Source of the DNA: Aeromonas phage AerS_266
Strand: one strand, 5' to 3'
Length of the DNA stretch: 40,000 nt
Sequence record: OR496884.1
Within the stretch, counting starts at the first letter, position 1; every line of letters begins with the position of its first letter. Below the pieces are notes generated by a model, which saw only the letters and a program-made list of their open reading frames with translations, was not told the origin of the DNA and did no database searches. Shown piece after piece: positions 36,689 through 40,000 of the stretch. A program made the translations under genes and the position numbers.

Positions 36689-36721
36689 TCTAACTCCATT
36701 CTAAATTAGAGTAGTAGGGGA

Positions 36722-37135
36722 TTACAAGCCATCTTTATCGGATGACACCCAACCAATAAAAGGTGGTGTCAAAACACGACGCGTACTCAGGTAAAACGAG
36801 AACAACGACATCAGCGACAGAAACAATGCGGGAATAACAGCAGTGCCTTGAATTCGACCAGGTACAGTGACAATAGATCCGATTTGTTCACGATACTCTT
36901 TCCACTCGACTCGTCGGAACCCGATACTTTTCATTCCTTCATCGGTTTTAAAATCACACAAGAATCGTTCCCCGTGATCAGGATTGTTGACAGTATAACA
37001 CTCATCAACTTTACCTACCACCGGATCAACTACTGTTAGAAACCCAAACCACAGCGCCAATAACATTGACCCCAATCCAATCATTGCAAATCGAAACTTT
37101 GCTACTTTATTACGTTTTTCATAAGACATGATCAT
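36722..37135 (-). CDS. Predicted two-TM membrane protein
   Basis: FAMIGLGSMLLALWFGFLTVV and PALFLSLMSLFSFYL hydrophobic segments. Confidence 0.65.
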   Translation of the reverse strand: MIMSYEKRNKVAKFRFAMIGLGSMLLALWFGFLTVVDPVVGKVDECYTVNNPDHGERFLCDFKTDEGMKSIGFRRVEWKEYREQIGSIVTVPGRIQGTAVIPALFLSLMSLFSFYLSTRRVLTPPFIGWVSSDKDGL

Positions 37136-37147
37136 TTCCTTTGTTGA

Positions 37148-37468
37148 TTAAAATTGTTTTAAAATCTTAAAGTTAACAATACTAGCTAACATTAAGACTA
37201 CACCTAAGATAAAGGGTATCATCGAAAATACACCAACTATCCCTATTGCGATTCCGGAGAAACCACTTATCATGATGTTAACGGGTGTATCAGGAACGTG
37301 TTTTAATGCGGTTTCTAAAGCGGGATAAGCAATGTAGATAACCTTATAAGCTGAAGTTATCCCGATGGAAAATAGAATAGAACCAGCTAGTAAAAGAAAC
37401 CTTGGTTTCCAATACCAACCCCGATAAGGTTTATACAGTTTGAAAATCGTTCTGATACGTTCATTCAT
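37148..37468 (-). CDS. Predicted two-TM membrane protein
   Basis: FLLLAGSILFSIGITSAYKVIY and IAIGIVGVFSMIPFILGVVLMLASI. Confidence 0.65.
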   Translation of the reverse strand: MNERIRTIFKLYKPYRGWYWKPRFLLLAGSILFSIGITSAYKVIYIAYPALETALKHVPDTPVNIMISGFSGIAIGIVGVFSMIPFILGVVLMLASIVNFKILKQF

Positions 37469-38007
37469 GATTCCGTTTCATCCATGCTGATTATGATATC
37501 TTCGTAATCTAGGATTTCTCCCTGACAATATTTAGTTCTAACACTTTTAATTAGTATTTCAACTGGCCAGTTTCTTGCTTCGGTTGGTTTGCTATTTAGC
37601 AGCTGGATAATTCCTTCTTCGCTAAACTCTGGATTTTGTTCAACAATCAACTTAGCTATTTTCTTTTTACCTTTTGTTCTTGTGTATTGCTTTTCAGACC
37701 ATACGCTAAACATTAATGTTCCCAAAATGTTCAGTAGATCTTTTTCAATTTCAAGAAAGATTTTAGTATCGGTTTTACCTTTACAGTGAGGATAGTTCCC
37801 GTAACTAATAGGTTTAACTTGGTTAGTGACAGAATCCAATATCTCGATAAAATAGGTAGGTTTACCAGTTCTGGTTAAAACCAATTTATAATCCATATCG
37901 ACTGAAATGGAAAATTGGATGTTGTCGATTTCACCTTTAGCAAATTTAACAAGGTTACAACTTTGAGACCCAATACGAAGTTTTAAAACACTCATTCTAA
38001 GTTTCAT
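37465..38007 (-). CDS. Uncharacterised protein
   Basis: 180-aa ORF. Confidence 0.6.
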   Translation of the reverse strand: MKLRMSVLKLRIGSQSCNLVKFAKGEIDNIQFSISVDMDYKLVLTRTGKPTYFIEILDSVTNQVKPISYGNYPHCKGKTDTKIFLEIEKDLLNILGTLMFSVWSEKQYTRTKGKKKIAKLIVEQNPEFSEEGIIQLLNSKPTEARNWPVEILIKSVRTKYCQGEILDYEDIIISMDETES

Positions 38008-38019
38008 AAATGCTTCCTT

Positions 38020-38679
38020 TTATTTTTGATCTAAACCCAATGGACCTTTTACGTAGACTCCCCAAAAATCATATATCCCACTAAAGCGAACATGATTATC
38101 ATTGAGTTGATATGAAATGTCTTCAAGTTCAGTGAACTGTTTATCTAAAAGTTCAAACATCCTGTCATCACCAGTGCATCCGCCATGAAATTCACCTTGA
38201 TAAATTAATATTTGACCATTTGACATTTTGTCTAATACCTTAGCACCAAAAGGATCGTCGTATTCAGGCCATGTCATGACAATGACATCATAATTGTCGT
38301 TAATGGATTCAAGTGCATTTCCCTTTACACCTTCAAATAACTTTGCCTCTTTCCAGTAATGAGTTTCTTGTAAATCAACCGCAGTATAATTGTTAACACC
38401 TGCGTCTTTCATATGGGCGGCTAAATACCCTGTACCTGAAGCAACCTCCAGAACTTTTTTACCTTTCAGGTAATTTGAAAGAATCCCTTTTACCTCCGTA
38501 GTCAAAATAAACCAGGCAATCAATCGAGTATATTTACAACGAACATCCCATTGACTACCAAAAGAAAAATCCTTACCTTGAAACTTTTCTTTAGACAACG
38601 TTGGAGGAATGGAATCGTTTTTAATTAACTCAACTATTTCAGTTCCTTCACTTATTTTTGGTGCTATGATTGGAAGCAT
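38020..38679 (-). CDS. Class I SAM-dependent methyltransferase-like
   Basis: VLEVASGTGYLAAHMKDAG (motif I), YTAVD, DVIVMTWPEYDDPF (motif IV region). Confidence 0.65.
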   Translation of the reverse strand: MLPIIAPKISEGTEIVELIKNDSIPPTLSKEKFQGKDFSFGSQWDVRCKYTRLIAWFILTTEVKGILSNYLKGKKVLEVASGTGYLAAHMKDAGVNNYTAVDLQETHYWKEAKLFEGVKGNALESINDNYDVIVMTWPEYDDPFGAKVLDKMSNGQILIYQGEFHGGCTGDDRMFELLDKQFTELEDISYQLNDNHVRFSGIYDFWGVYVKGPLGLDQK

Positions 38680-38879
38680 AATTACTATCCTTTTATTTTT
38701 CTAAATTAAATAAATGGTTTATAAAAGACTAAACATTAAAGAAATAAGGATGTTTACTACGTAAACCGTATATAAACAAATTCCCCTTCCCCTCCCTCAC
38801 CTATCGGTAAGAGCATGTTAAGTTACATTATATTGGACATGAACTATAAAAATAATTTATCCAACAAACAAAACTAAAA

Positions 38880-38909
38880 GCTAGTAACTAGGATCTCCTA
38901 GTTACTAGC
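38880..38909 (-). terminator. Rho-independent terminator
   Basis: GCTAGTAACTAGGA-ga-TCCTAGTTACTAGC then TTTTAGTTTTG on minus strand. Confidence 0.8.
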
Positions 38910-38919
38910 GATATGAAAT

Positions 38920-39585
38920 TTAATTAAGCAAAGACCATTTAAGAACAGATCTCAATTCTTGAACAGTTTTATCGATACAGAAATTCTTGAAAGTTTCTTT
39001 ATCGTTAAATACGAGTCCGCTATGAACAACTTTCATGTTCCAGGGAACAATACCTTCCAATACACCGGTAAGGTCATTAGGAAAATAAAAAGTAAGATTT
39101 TTTATCAAATATTTTCCCTGCACAGTTCTTGAAATGTTTCCTAACTTGATGGTAAAGTTATCATCAGCGGTATGGATGGTTTTGGTTTTGTCTTTACCGA
39201 ATATACGATCGACCAACGTAAATTCATTGTCAAGATCACAATTGATATTTTCAAAAAGATAATTTTCAAAACCAATGAATGCTGCATTAGGATCAAACTT
39301 TTGAAATTGAGATTCTAACCGAGAAATGGTTGAACGATTGAATCCCCATTTGCCATTGGTTAGTTTATCCTGACAAATGACCTGATCGTCAACATTGATT
39401 GAGACAACCCAATGAGGATCTTTAAATTCCAGTTTAAAGACAACACCACACCAATAAAAAAGATCAGGAATTTTTGCATTCTTCCCTAATGACTTTGCGT
39501 CATTGATTTCGTTGTTAATAAATTCACGTTGACTAACAAACAGATTAAGCAATACCCGTACTAAAATAAGTTTAAAATCCCACAT
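38920..39585 (-). CDS. Uncharacterised protein
   Basis: 221-aa ORF followed by terminator. Confidence 0.7.
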   Translation of the reverse strand: MWDFKLILVRVLLNLFVSQREFINNEINDAKSLGKNAKIPDLFYWCGVVFKLEFKDPHWVVSINVDDQVICQDKLTNGKWGFNRSTISRLESQFQKFDPNAAFIGFENYLFENINCDLDNEFTLVDRIFGKDKTKTIHTADDNFTIKLGNISRTVQGKYLIKNLTFYFPNDLTGVLEGIVPWNMKVVHSGLVFNDKETFKNFCIDKTVQELRSVLKWSLLN

Positions 39586-39656
39586 CGGAATTAGTTCCTT
39601 TTGTTATTGCCCTAAAAGTGGAAGGGACCACGTCCCTCCCGATAGTTTCATAGTAT

Positions 39657-40000
39657 TTATTTAAAAATATCTTCCAGTGTACAACGTTCCCCCATTTCAC
39701 CATCAACTTCATTAGCCAACATACCGTTAATTACCCGGCCTTTGTAAGATTTAAATTTATCAGATCGTTCATGGTCTTTCTTAACCAAAAGTTCAAACAC
39801 CCCGGCATAGTTTCCGGTTGAACGATTAGTTTCGGTAACATAATAACCGTGAATAATATCGTAAACGATACCGCGTTTTACACGGTTGTATTCAATCATG
39901 TCCTTGACCATGTCTTCCAATAGCTTAGACATCCGCTGGTTGGAGTATTGATCAATAAACGCACCCATGACCGCTCCATGTTCTTCAAAGTCTTCAGTCA
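39657..40000 (-). CDS. Uncharacterised protein, possibly partial (frame stays open past the tracked start at 39968)
   Basis: Frame reads TEDFEEHGAVMGAFIDQ... up to window edge. Confidence 0.6.
   Translation of the reverse strand, partial: TEDFEEHGAVMGAFIDQYSNQRMSKLLEDMVKDMIEYNRVKRGIVYDIIHGYYVTETNRSTGNYAGVFELLVKKDHERSDKFKSYKGRVINGMLANEVDGEMGERCTLEDIFK

Noticed and set aside
1-40000. CRISPR arrays and tRNA genes
   Set aside because: No regularly spaced repeats and no cloverleaf-like sequence recognised by eye; tRNAscan-SE and CRISPR finders would be decisive

Overview
AT-rich window from a nucleus-forming (phiKZ-like) jumbo phage. Almost every gene is on the minus strand. Landmarks are a PhuZ-type phage tubulin, a candidate nucleus-shell protein (chimallin-like), a family-B DNA polymerase fragment, a multisubunit-type phage RNA polymerase beta' subunit, an SSB-like protein, a Mre11/SbcD-like phosphoesterase, an HD-domain protein and a SAM methyltransferase. 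The most striking feature is the ORF-less 7.5-8.4 kb stretch. It reads as two tandem, endonuclease-free group IA introns (8382-8076 and 8048-7677, minus strand) separated by a 27-nt micro-exon (TMYMADFDG). Spliced in frame, the exons rebuild the RNA polymerase catalytic signature ADFDGDQM, with one splice junction inside DFDG|DQM. Both 5' splice sites pair with their own guide sequences (UUCGGU/GCCGAA and GACGGU/GCCGUC). The second also has a 7-8 bp P10. Other observations are an Acb1-like 2H phosphoesterase next to a possible Acb2/Tad1-like protein (candidate anti-CBASS pair), a recurrent promoter-like motif, terminators that show some tracked ORF starts are too far upstream, a structured 540-bp intergenic region, and a long array of small orphan proteins from 20-40 kb. 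All names come from motif reading by eye; no database searches were run.
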